From Rhizonema sp. PD38 (lineage in GTDB: Bacteria > Cyanobacteriota > Cyanobacteriia > Cyanobacteriales > Nostocaceae): a stretch of 13,761 nucleotides of DNA. Made by a program: the position numbers and the translations under genes. This document shows, in pieces, positions 1-7,558 of this stretch. The stretch lies in the NCBI GenBank assembly GCA_029379285.1, contig JAQYWP010000103.1, positions 1-13,761 on the forward strand. Reading direction: 5' to 3'. How positions within the stretch are numbered: the first letter of the stretch is position 1; each line of letters starts with the position of its first letter. Under the pieces are notes generated by a model that saw nothing but the letters and a program-made list of their open reading frames with translations, had not been told where the DNA came from and searched no databases.

Positions 1-26
1 CGCTAACGCTGCGCTAACGCCAGATG

Positions 27-52
27 CCTGCGGAGGGAAACCCTCCCGCAGC
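27..52. other. GC-rich imperfect hairpin (ctgcggaggg-aaa-ccctcccgcag) about 65 nt downstream of the flotillin stop codon; possible transcript-end structure. No U-run follows it, so it is not a canonical intrinsic terminator.
   Basis: A 10-bp inverted repeat with one bulged C, read directly from the sequence. Window-edge repeats gctaacgc (x3: 2-9, 13-20, 84-91) flank it. Confidence 0.3.
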
Positions 53-118
53 ACTGGTCTCACCTCCTATAGCGCACAGCGAGCTAACGCACTGCCTTGC
101 CTTTGCGTGAGAATATAA

Positions 119-2338
119 TTATCTGTCTACGTCCTTCAAAGAAAAATCACCTAACACAGGCTGATTTCCATTAAGCGGCGTTGGTTGTGGTTGAGCAACT
201 GGTTGTTGTGGAGCTGGTAGCGTCGTCTCCCCTGACTTGGCAGTTTGATTCCACAAAATCATTGACAGTAGTCCATCCACCAAGCCTTTAGTACTGCCAT
301 CATTTCCACCAACGAGAACATCTGGGATCAAGCGGACATTGCGATCGCCGATAATTTGCATTAGTTGCATTGCCGAATAACCTTGCGCTCCCAAAGCTTC
401 TACACCAGCACCATAAGCTTCCGCTTTTGCGTTACCTGTAGCGCGGATAGCTTCTGCTTCCGCATAACCTTTCAGGCGTTGAGATTCAGCTTCACCCGTA
501 GCTTTTAACCGTATAGATTCGGCTTCTGCAGTTGCTTTTAAGCGAATCGTCTCCGCTTCACCTGTCATTGCCTTGATTTTGGCATTTGCTTTGAGTTCGG
601 CGATTTGCACACCCTGTTCCGACTTCACCATTTCTTGTTGGATGTCAGCTTTAGCTTGAAGTTCGGCAATCTTCACACCCTGTTCCGACTTCACCATTTC
701 TTGCTGGATATCAGCCAAAGCCGTCTCTCTTACAAGTTGCTGCCGTTGCGTTTGTGCGAGTTGCTGGACTTCAAAAGTTTTGCGTTGTTCTTCCGCAATT
801 TTGCGATCTGTCTGGGTTTGCATCAGTGTTGCTGGCGGCTGAATGTCACCAATGAGAGTGTCAATCGCTTGCACATCATAAGCCCGCAACGCTGTCTTAA
901 TAAACTCAGCCGCTTCAGCTTGGCGTTCGCTCCGAGCACAGAGAAAGTCTAGTACAGTATAGTCTTGAGCCGAGTTGCGGAAATAGTTACCGATAGTCGG
1001 TTCTAACACGTGATCTACTAAATTTTGCATTGAACCCACGCGAGAAATCACCTTGGGAGCATCCAAAGCACCGACGTGGATAATCTGCGCGACTTCCAAA
1101 TCAAAAGCAAATCCGTCTCTAGAACGTACTGTCAAGGAAGCTAGCTTAGCATCATAGCTGTGGCGTTCGGTACGCCCCGACCAGTTTAAAACAATGTTGG
1201 TCGTTGGCACTAATTCAATTTTCATGACGCGGGTATTGACGGGGTGCTTACCTGGATACAGTGGTTCCACCCATACGCCTTTATGTCCCGAATTCACCAA
1301 ATTACCGTGAGTAAAGGCTGCGCCACTGATATCTTCATGTGCTTTGCCCACAAAAGAAATTACGACACCCACATACCCAATGGGAATTTCCGTCATGGCA
1401 ACTTGTTCTATTTGGACAAACCAAGGATTGAGGTTCCAAGATCCAGAAAGAAGAATTTGCTCTTGTAAACCACGTCGCCCACCGCCATCCAGAAATCTCT
1501 GCCCGTTCTGGAAATTGTCGTGTGCTGCGATCGCAGGGCCGGCGATTTCACCTCCTGGAATTGGCATCCCATCCAAAGTTGTGGTAATGCCAACTTTATC
1601 AGACATAACGCTGTACACCCGCAACTGTTCAGGACTCATGCCGTGGGCGTTGGCATTCGCTGCTGTAATAACTTTAAATAAGGCAGTATTGATGCGGTAG
1701 GTACCAGCAGTTAAGAAACCCATTTGCCGACCCTTTTCCCCACCTTGAGTCAGGAATTTTCGGGCATCTTGAAAATTGTCACAATCTACAACCTTACCCA
1801 GGATGCGTTCTGGGGGGTTGGATGCACCATCTGCAGCGACAATCAAGGCAATTTCACCTTGGGAAACAACTATAACAGATTCTTTACGCACTGAGTATTG
1901 CCAAAGCCAATGCCCCCAGTGCCAACCAGGAGCAAGAGTATCAGCCTGCAAACCTGCTTCCCCATTCATCGCAATCAGCCGTCCTGGTGGGAGTCCGCGC
2001 TTGGAAAGAGTGAATTTCTTCACCACAATGCCAACTTCACGTTCGCCTATCACTATCAGTCCACCAAAGAGCAAGGGAACACATATGACTAAACCGCCAA
2101 CAACAATGATGGGGATGATTGTCAACGCAGATGCTGGTATTAGTTGACTTTGAGTGGTGTTAGTATGGGTTTGGGCAATGAGTGGTTGTGTTTCGCCCAG
2201 TTGAGTTGATGCTGTTTTTGTGGAAGTCGCACTAGCAGAATGAATACCACTAGCGAGTGCTAAGGTTGCTACGAAAGATGCTGCTAAACGAAGTATCTTA
2301 TTTGACTTATACGGACCATTGGAATTTTGCGTTTCCAT
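119..2338 (-). CDS. Flotillin-like SPFH/Band-7 family membrane protein (YqiK-type), about 739 aa from the ATG at 2338. The ORF track start at 2359 is a TTG.
   Basis: N-terminal hydrophobic segment followed by VIGEREVGIVVKKF... and a long SPFH-like region. The C-terminal half is EA-rich coiled coil (AEAEAIRATGNAKAEAYGAG, IRLKATAEAESIRLKATGEAESQRLK), typical of flotillin C-terminal domains. An SD-like GAGAGGG lies 9-10 nt upstream of the ATG at 2338. Confidence 0.85.
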   Translation of the reverse strand: METQNSNGPYKSNKILRLAASFVATLALASGIHSASATSTKTASTQLGETQPLIAQTHTNTTQSQLIPASALTIIPIIVVGGLVICVPLLFGGLIVIGEREVGIVVKKFTLSKRGLPPGRLIAMNGEAGLQADTLAPGWHWGHWLWQYSVRKESVIVVSQGEIALIVAADGASNPPERILGKVVDCDNFQDARKFLTQGGEKGRQMGFLTAGTYRINTALFKVITAANANAHGMSPEQLRVYSVMSDKVGITTTLDGMPIPGGEIAGPAIAAHDNFQNGQRFLDGGGRRGLQEQILLSGSWNLNPWFVQIEQVAMTEIPIGYVGVVISFVGKAHEDISGAAFTHGNLVNSGHKGVWVEPLYPGKHPVNTRVMKIELVPTTNIVLNWSGRTERHSYDAKLASLTVRSRDGFAFDLEVAQIIHVGALDAPKVISRVGSMQNLVDHVLEPTIGNYFRNSAQDYTVLDFLCARSERQAEAAEFIKTALRAYDVQAIDTLIGDIQPPATLMQTQTDRKIAEEQRKTFEVQQLAQTQRQQLVRETALADIQQEMVKSEQGVKIAELQAKADIQQEMVKSEQGVQIAELKANAKIKAMTGEAETIRLKATAEAESIRLKATGEAESQRLKGYAEAEAIRATGNAKAEAYGAGVEALGAQGYSAMQLMQIIGDRNVRLIPDVLVGGNDGSTKGLVDGLLSMILWNQTAKSGETTLPAPQQPVAQPQPTPLNGNQPVLGDFSLKDVDR
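593..724. repeat. Tandem 66-bp coding duplication inside the flotillin gene (two units, ~85% identical, with a perfect 36-bp core cacaccctgttccgacttcaccatttcttg).
   Basis: Direct comparison of 593-658 with 659-724. It encodes ADIQQEMVKSEQGV(K/Q)IAEL twice in the protein. It also creates the spurious antisense ORF 605..952. Confidence 0.85.
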
Positions 2339-2342
2339 AATT

Positions 2343-2359
2343 TTGCCCTCTCTGGGCAA
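2343..2359. promoter_or_regulatory. Perfect palindrome ttgccc-tctct-gggcaa immediately upstream of the flotillin ATG. On the mRNA it folds as ttgccc-agaga-gggcaa and would sequester the SD-like GAGAGGG.
   Basis: A 6-bp perfect inverted repeat with a 5-nt spacer, ending 4 nt before the start codon. This is a structure-only call. Confidence 0.3.
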
Positions 2360-2529
2360 TTATTATCTAAAGTAATACTCCACTAATAGTTCCCATAATT
2401 TCTGAAATTTTTCATAAATTTGTTCAAGTCAGGTTTGTAACTGCACTCTCGCATGCTTTCATACGCGCAAACTGGAGAGGTAAGATTTGGTTAATATAAG
2501 ACCATTGCTCAACTTATCACGATATAGTC

Positions 2530-2769
2530 ATGATTACTCAAATGATGGTTCAGCCCTCATCCTGGGTTGAGTCTGGAATTCAAATCAGCAAAGTTAGAAA
2601 TTTGCTTTTGTTCAAATTCACAACAGAACTACAGTCTCGGCTTGAAGAACTTTCCGAGAAGAGAAAAGCATTTATGCTGACTGACTCCGAAGAAGCAGAA
2701 TTAGCAGGAATATTAGAACTTGATAGAATTTTTACTTTGCTCAATGCTAGGATAATTGCTGAATCATGA
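2530..2769 (+). CDS. Hypothetical 79-aa protein, acidic with a helical C-terminus. Its stop codon overlaps the ATG of the downstream HNH endonuclease (ATGA).
   Basis: Intact ORF in the divergent intergenic region upstream of the flotillin gene. Overlap of the stop (2767-2769) with the ATG at 2766 suggests translational coupling. No recognisable domain and no SD sequence. Confidence 0.4.
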   Translation: MITQMMVQPSSWVESGIQISKVRNLLLFKFTTELQSRLEELSEKRKAFMLTDSEEAELAGILELDRIFTLLNARIIAES

Positions 2770-3222
2770 CGGTTAATGATCAAGTAAAAAATTAGTTAGA
2801 GAAAGAGCAAAATTCCTTTGCGAATACTGTCATTCTTTAGAAGAAGCAAGTGCAGCTCTGTTTTCTATTGACCATATCGTTCCACAATCTCTTAGTGGTT
2901 CAGATGAGTCTAATAATTTAGCATTAGCATGTCAACGATGTAATGGGTATCGCTACAACTTTACAACTGGTATCGATCCCGAAACACAGGATATAATCCC
3001 TTTATTTAATCCTCGTAAGCAAAAGTGGTCAGACCACTTTATATGGTCAGCAGATGGTTTAAAAATTATTGGTATAACTCCTACAGGGAGAGCTACTTGT
3101 AATCGTTTAGACCTTAATGACGAACGTCACAATGAAGGCTCTGTCGTGAAGGCGCGTCGTCTTTGGACAAAAGGCGGTTGGCATCCACCTGGTGAAGATT
3201 TCCGAAAATCAGAAGAAGCTTG
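2766..3222 (+). pseudogene. HNH endonuclease (about 152 aa if read through), frame-disrupted at the A6 run 2786-2791. It is intact if one A is added or if a -1 ribosomal slip occurs at A_AAA_AAT.
   Basis: Frame 2780-3222 translates to KKLVRERAKFLCEYCHSLEEASAALFSIDHIVPQSLSGSDESNNLALACQRCNGYRYNF...HNEG..., which contains the CxxC...DH...N...CxxCN HNH motif but has no in-frame start codon. ATG 2766 gives MTVNDQVKN and then hits a stop (tag 2793). Adding one A restores MTVNDQVKKLVRERAKF..., a typical cyanobacterial HNH N-terminus. Confidence 0.7.
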
Positions 3223-3312
3223 AAAGTGGCTTTGGACCATATGAGCCAATGGCACAGAATACCTTAGTACAAAATTTCACAAGTTCGTGACGCTCTGGAA
3301 AATAATGTCATC

Positions 3313-3356
3313 GTTCGTAGCGCTAAAGCGCAACTACGAACCAAAACGCTACGAAT
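3313..3356. terminator. Nested hairpin cluster (gttcgtagcgc-taaa-gcgc..ctacgaac..cgctacgaa) between the convergent HNH (+) and GH74-like (-) genes; candidate bidirectional terminator.
   Basis: ttcgtagcg (3314-3322) can pair with either ctacgaac (3334-3341) or cgctacgaa (3347-3355). The inner cgc/gcg pair closes a taaa loop. tttat follows on the + strand. Confidence 0.35.
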
Positions 3357-3387
3357 TTATAAAACATTGTACTTAGCTATTCTTCCA

Positions 3388-5973
3388 TCAATTGGAAGTA
3401 CCGACGATAATACCACGACCTGATAATGCAGCATAGACTAGATTGGGAGAGCGCATATCGCCTTCTAGATATGTTAATCCTGGGAATTGCTGCCAAGTGG
3501 GGTTACTAATCTGAATCCAGCTTTGCCCCATGTCGATGGACTTGTACATGGTATCTTGGCTTGCACTACCGATACGACCGAAGATATAAATGTAGGGTTT
3601 TGTCTGTGAGGAACCTTTGCCGAAGGTGACAAACTCACAGCTATTGACAGAAGAGACAATAGTGAAATTCTTACCACCGTCGGTAGAATGGTACAATTTG
3701 TTACCATTGACATCTTCTGGGTTGCGAGCAAAGCTCATCCAGATGTCTCCTTGTTTTGTGGGATTGGAAACAATCGTAGGGTGAATCAGCCATGTGGGTA
3801 AATTTCCAGATGCACCTTTTTTCCAGTTGGCACCACCGTCATAACTGTAGTAAAACTTCCAGCCATCGTAGTAGTAAAATGTTTGACCTTTTGGATCTTT
3901 GCGATCTGCTGCCAAAATATACGCACTTACCCACGGGGAAATACTATTAGCCCAAGACTTGGGTAGGACTTGGTAGTGAATGTGGTCATTGTTCTGGGGA
4001 TCGTAGGGATTAGGTTTTGGGTCGTGATCTATGTTGTAAGCTAACTTCCATGTTTTGCCGCCATCTGTTGTATAGTGTGGCCACGGGCCCCATGATGGTG
4101 CCCAAACCATATTTTGTGGGTTTGTTGGGGACATGGCAATTTGACCAGCGATGGGGAGAGCTTGCTCCTGACTGGATTTATCTGATTTCCAGAGATTTTC
4201 TGTGGGGATAGAGGGAAACGCTTTCCATGTCTGACCGTTATCGTTTGTCATGCCATAGATAGGCCAGTTCTGCCACTGGTGAAAGCCGACAAATGCAGCG
4301 TAGTCTGGGTGATTGTAGGAGTAATCCATGCTTGTGGCACCGGCTACGTGTGGAAAGGGGACAGGATAAACTGTCCAATGGGGATTCGCTGATTTGTAAG
4401 CTGGGTTGATGGGGATGTTCTGAGGGTTAATCTTGGTAAAAGGGACTTGATTGCGGTTAATGTGGCGAAAGCCAATCATGTCTTGTACGGCACTCAGTAG
4501 GTCGGCTCCACCTTGGTTTTTGGGTTTGGGGGGAACGCGGACGATTTTTGCATCTAGTTCCTCAAGATTGTTCATCAGCCATGTGTAGACGGGAGTAGCA
4601 ATTGTCACGTCATCTGTACGAGCTACACCCCAACCGTTTGTCCACCAAACCTGTTTGGGATTGCTAGGATCGATGACTATAGCAGCGGCACCTGTTGCTG
4701 AATATGACTGATAATAGTTGGGAGCGGAGGAATTGACCGGATCTTTCGGGTTACTGGCTTCTTTGGCACCCATGTACATTGTTTTATTGTCCCAATTTTT
4801 ACCACCGTTAATGGAGCGGTAGACGTATTTGTCGGAGATTGCCATCACGGTGTTTGGCTGATTCGCTTGCACTGCGATCGCTGAATAAAGTCTACCCGTT
4901 CCATCGGGAGTAATCTCAGTCCAAGTATTGTTATACTTGCGAACATTTCCAGATGTGTTGCTTCCATTGCTCGGTAAAGTCCCGAAACTGACGTAGAGCG
5001 TTCCATCAGTTGCGATCGCACTCCGTAATGGATCGTTGCCACCTGCTATGTTGCTCCATGAATTCCCTGCATCTTGACTACGCCATACACCGTTGCCGTG
5101 AATTCCGACATAGATAGTTTTGGTGGGGTTGTTGGGTGTACCCGATCTCTTGTCAAATGTCACAAATGTAAAACCGGGTAAATCTTTATTATCAGAATTA
5201 TCAGGATTTTTATATCCTGGTAGAGTGTCGGGTTCGGGTAGTCCATTGCGAACACGAGTCCACGCTTTTTCACCATCTTTTTTCCAAAGCCCATCTCTGC
5301 GAGAAGCAAAATACAGCAACCCAGACTTGTTTGGATCGATGGATAAACGCTCTCCTGTATCTGAGCGATAAGCATTGTTTGGACCTAAGTAAACATTATT
5401 TGTCTTTAAACCCGTCGGTTTCCATGTTTTGCCTTTGTCAGTGGAAACCATGACTTCACCAGAATAATTGTACTTAATTTTACCGTGTTCTTCTTTGACT
5501 GTTGAGTTTCTATAGTTGATTGCTGCATAGACTTTGTTAGAGATAGAATCAACGGCGATACTTTCTACCCCAATACCTCCACCTGAAAAGTTGGTGGCAA
5601 ACATATCCATGAGGGGCAGCCATTGATAATTTGTGCGGTCGAAGCGGTACGGTCCACCAATATCTGTGCGAATATATACATCATATGGTGATACTGAACT
5701 TGCTACCAAACCTGTAACGTAACCCATTCCCTGAATATTGACGTTATCCCAATCAAATTGTCCGGGTATGTGTGGATGGGTACGTATACGTAAAGGGGTG
5801 TGCATTTTTGGCTGAGTATGTGATGGAGGGTCTATTTTTGATGATGTCAGTACTTCTGATGATTTGCAAGCATTGACCATCAGCAGTATTAATGTTGTAA
5901 ATACGGATATAAGTATAAAAATAAACTTACGTTTTGGATGTGCTGAGCTTGCTAGATGACGGAAAGATTTCAT
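3388..5973 (-). CDS. Secreted (probably lipoprotein) BNR/Asp-box repeat beta-propeller glycoside hydrolase of the GH74 / xyloglucanase-like (sortilin-Vps10-like) type, about 861 aa from the ATG at 5973.
   Basis: Signal-like N-terminus MKSFRHLASSAHPKRKFIFILISVFTTLILLMVNAC (Cys after the hydrophobic core). At least 7 Asp-box motifs are present (STDKGKTW, SINGGKNW, TNDNGQTW, TTDGGKTW, SYDGGANW, STDGGKNF, SIDMGQSW). The N-terminal motif FDWDNVNIQGMGYVTGL...VYIRTDIGGPYRFDRTNYQWLPLMD resembles the conserved GH74 N-terminal block. The track start at 5991 is a TTG that overlaps the upstream hairpin. Confidence 0.75.
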   Translation of the reverse strand: MKSFRHLASSAHPKRKFIFILISVFTTLILLMVNACKSSEVLTSSKIDPPSHTQPKMHTPLRIRTHPHIPGQFDWDNVNIQGMGYVTGLVASSVSPYDVYIRTDIGGPYRFDRTNYQWLPLMDMFATNFSGGGIGVESIAVDSISNKVYAAINYRNSTVKEEHGKIKYNYSGEVMVSTDKGKTWKPTGLKTNNVYLGPNNAYRSDTGERLSIDPNKSGLLYFASRRDGLWKKDGEKAWTRVRNGLPEPDTLPGYKNPDNSDNKDLPGFTFVTFDKRSGTPNNPTKTIYVGIHGNGVWRSQDAGNSWSNIAGGNDPLRSAIATDGTLYVSFGTLPSNGSNTSGNVRKYNNTWTEITPDGTGRLYSAIAVQANQPNTVMAISDKYVYRSINGGKNWDNKTMYMGAKEASNPKDPVNSSAPNYYQSYSATGAAAIVIDPSNPKQVWWTNGWGVARTDDVTIATPVYTWLMNNLEELDAKIVRVPPKPKNQGGADLLSAVQDMIGFRHINRNQVPFTKINPQNIPINPAYKSANPHWTVYPVPFPHVAGATSMDYSYNHPDYAAFVGFHQWQNWPIYGMTNDNGQTWKAFPSIPTENLWKSDKSSQEQALPIAGQIAMSPTNPQNMVWAPSWGPWPHYTTDGGKTWKLAYNIDHDPKPNPYDPQNNDHIHYQVLPKSWANSISPWVSAYILAADRKDPKGQTFYYYDGWKFYYSYDGGANWKKGASGNLPTWLIHPTIVSNPTKQGDIWMSFARNPEDVNGNKLYHSTDGGKNFTIVSSVNSCEFVTFGKGSSQTKPYIYIFGRIGSASQDTMYKSIDMGQSWIQISNPTWQQFPGLTYLEGDMRSPNLVYAALSGRGIIVGTSN

Positions 5974-5997
5974 TTGAATACTTATAATCAAAGCAGA

Positions 5998-6067
5998 ACC
6001 CCACCCCAGTAAAGCTGTGCTTTACATCCCCGAACCGCAAGCGGGGAGGGGAAAGGGGTGGGGTTTT
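5998..6067. terminator. Nested GC-rich hairpin (outer stem aaccccacccc/ggggtggggtt, inner stem tccccg/cgggga) followed by TTTTAT; likely terminator of the CDF gene, lying in the GH74 upstream region.
   Basis: An 11-bp outer and a 6-bp inner inverted repeat, read directly. The T-run follows on the + strand and ctgctttgatt follows on the - strand. Confidence 0.45.
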
Positions 6068-6160
6068 ATGCAACATGAATAATAACTAATTAACCGAACT
6101 TGATATGACTTTATGGGGTCGGAATGAGTAAATAACGCAACTATGGGACCTGACTCAAGA

Positions 6161-7066
6161 TTAGGTTATCCGATCCAAATCCCGATCAGCCCATGATATG
6201 GGGTCTGACAGTGGTTCTAAATGGGTAACGACATTAGTTCCCGGTAGCGCTTTGATAATCCGTAACTCAATTTCCTCACATAGCTGGTGACCGCTTTGAA
6301 CTGTCCAATCTCCTGGTACAAGGATGTGGAAAGATACAAATTGACGGGAGCCAGCTACTCGTGTGCGTAGTGCATGAAACAAAATGCCGTTCTTTTCGTA
6401 ATCTGCTAATATATCCGCGATGATTTGCTGCTCTGCTTCTGGTAATGCCATATCTAAGAGGCCAGCACCGGTTTCACGCAGTAGACGCATCCCTGTCCAA
6501 AAAATATAGGTAGCCACAATCAGTGCGAGCGCCGGATCAAGGACAAGAAAACCCGTCAATTTCACCAACAACACACCAAGTAAAACACCACAGGAAACCA
6601 AGACATCAGTGAACAGGTGCTGCGCGTCAGCCCGTAACGTGATTGATCGCAACCGTCTTCCAGCTCGTAGCAGAATTAAACCCACACCACCATTAATTGC
6701 TGTTGCCACAACTGAAAGCCCTAGCCCTAGCCCAATCTGCTCTAACGCTTGTGGATGAGCCAAGCGCTGTGACGCTTCAAAAGCAATAGCAACTCCTGCC
6801 ACCAAAATCAGTGCGCCTTCCAGTCCACTAGCAAAATACTCGGCTTTGGATTGACCAAAAGCATATGAGGTGTCGGGTGGTTTTGCCGCCAAAGTTAGCG
6901 CCCATAATGCAAACAGTGCTGTAATTAAATTTACAGGTGATTCAGCAGCATCAGAGAACAACCCTACAGATTTAGTCAAAAAATAAGCGCCAAACTTGAG
7001 TGCCATCGCTAACAATGCTGCGACAATCGAGAGGGGCGCGTAAGAACGTGCTGACTTGAGTTGCAT
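6161..7066 (-). CDS. Cation diffusion facilitator (CDF) family divalent-metal efflux transporter (CzcD/ZitB-like), about 301 aa from the ATG at 7066.
   Basis: Six hydrophobic helices with the FSDAAESPVNL..., LEGALILVAGVAIAFEA... and LFTDVLVSCGVLLGV pattern, plus a C-terminal cytoplasmic domain (HALRTRVAGSRQFVSFHILVPGDWTVQSGHQLCEEIE) typical of CDF proteins. The track start at 7087 is a TTG. Confidence 0.85.
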   Translation of the reverse strand: MQLKSARSYAPLSIVAALLAMALKFGAYFLTKSVGLFSDAAESPVNLITALFALWALTLAAKPPDTSYAFGQSKAEYFASGLEGALILVAGVAIAFEASQRLAHPQALEQIGLGLGLSVVATAINGGVGLILLRAGRRLRSITLRADAQHLFTDVLVSCGVLLGVLLVKLTGFLVLDPALALIVATYIFWTGMRLLRETGAGLLDMALPEAEQQIIADILADYEKNGILFHALRTRVAGSRQFVSFHILVPGDWTVQSGHQLCEEIELRIIKALPGTNVVTHLEPLSDPISWADRDLDRIT

Positions 7067-7363
7067 GAGAATTATCACCAGAAGCAAAAACTTCTAAATA
7101 TGATTTATGTTAATGTATGCAAGCTTACACATAATTGAGTTTTAAATTTATCGTCATAAAGTAGTAAACATTGACTAAAGTATCGACAGACTCGGTAAAA
7201 GAACTTGCAATACTTCTCGGATAAGGATTAAGTAGTACTGAGAATGTGACTCTAAGTGTTTTTTGTGACTCCCTTATCAGTGAAATTACTTTAATAAAGA
7301 TGCCAATCAGAGATGAGAGGTAGTTATCATTACTTTATTGACACTTGTTAAAGATGCTAGCTG

Positions 7364-7558
7364 ATGCAAAAAATCCTAATAATGACCGCAAATCCAAAAG
7401 GTACTAATCCACTTCGTGTAGACGAAGAGTTACGTGAAATTGAGAAAGGTTTAGAAAGAGCAAAACTACGCGAACAATTTGAAATTAAGTTAGCCTTGGC
7501 AGTAGAGTATACAACTATTCACCGTCCTATTCTGGATTTCAAGCCATCTATTATGTAG
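7364..7558 (+). pseudogene. Truncated N-terminal fragment (64 aa) of a CHAT/caspase-like domain protein. It stops at ...LDFKPSIM, exactly where intact homologues continue with the catalytic IVHFSGHG motif.
   Basis: MQKILIMTANPKGTNPLRVDEELREIEKGLERAKLREQFEIKLALAVEYTTIHRPILDFKPSIM matches the conserved start of cyanobacterial CHAT-domain proteins (KILILAANPK.T..LRLDEEVREI..GL.R...R.QFE......AVR..DL.RALLD..P.IVHFSGHG). Downstream frames (7557-7700) show only weak relics (..VQGLHSQVIGKIGM), consistent with decay. Confidence 0.5.

Noticed and set aside
605-952. 115-aa + strand ORF with internal repeated peptide (HTLFRLHHFLLD x2)
   Set aside because: It is antisense to the flotillin gene. The repeat is just the reverse complement of the flotillin 66-bp tandem duplication. 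There is no independent support.
1244-2147. Several 60-120-aa + strand ORFs (1244..1468, 1344..1700, 1776..2147, 1898..2092) and the - strand ORF 1408..1593
   Set aside because: All are embedded in or antisense to the well-supported flotillin CDS. They have low-complexity or Pro/Arg-rich translations typical of out-of-frame artefacts.
119-2338. NfeD/YqiJ partner gene for the flotillin
   Set aside because: No such ORF exists between 2339 and 2529 or downstream within the window. Absence is noted but cannot be assessed beyond the window edge.
2580-2783. 67-aa - strand ORF antisense to the 79-aa ORF
   Set aside because: Serine-rich low-complexity translation, fully overlapping a better candidate on the opposite strand. 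Either could be spurious, but this one has no coupling signal.
3474-5375. Short ORFs inside the GH74-like gene on both strands (3474..3731, 4017..4211, 4845..5042, 5120..5371, 5160..5375)
   Set aside because: They are embedded in a long, domain-supported CDS. No conserved motifs.
7340-7363. TTGACA hexamer 19 nt upstream of the CHAT-relic ATG as a promoter
   Set aside because: There is no acceptable -10 element at the right spacing and it would give an essentially leaderless transcript. Too weak to call.
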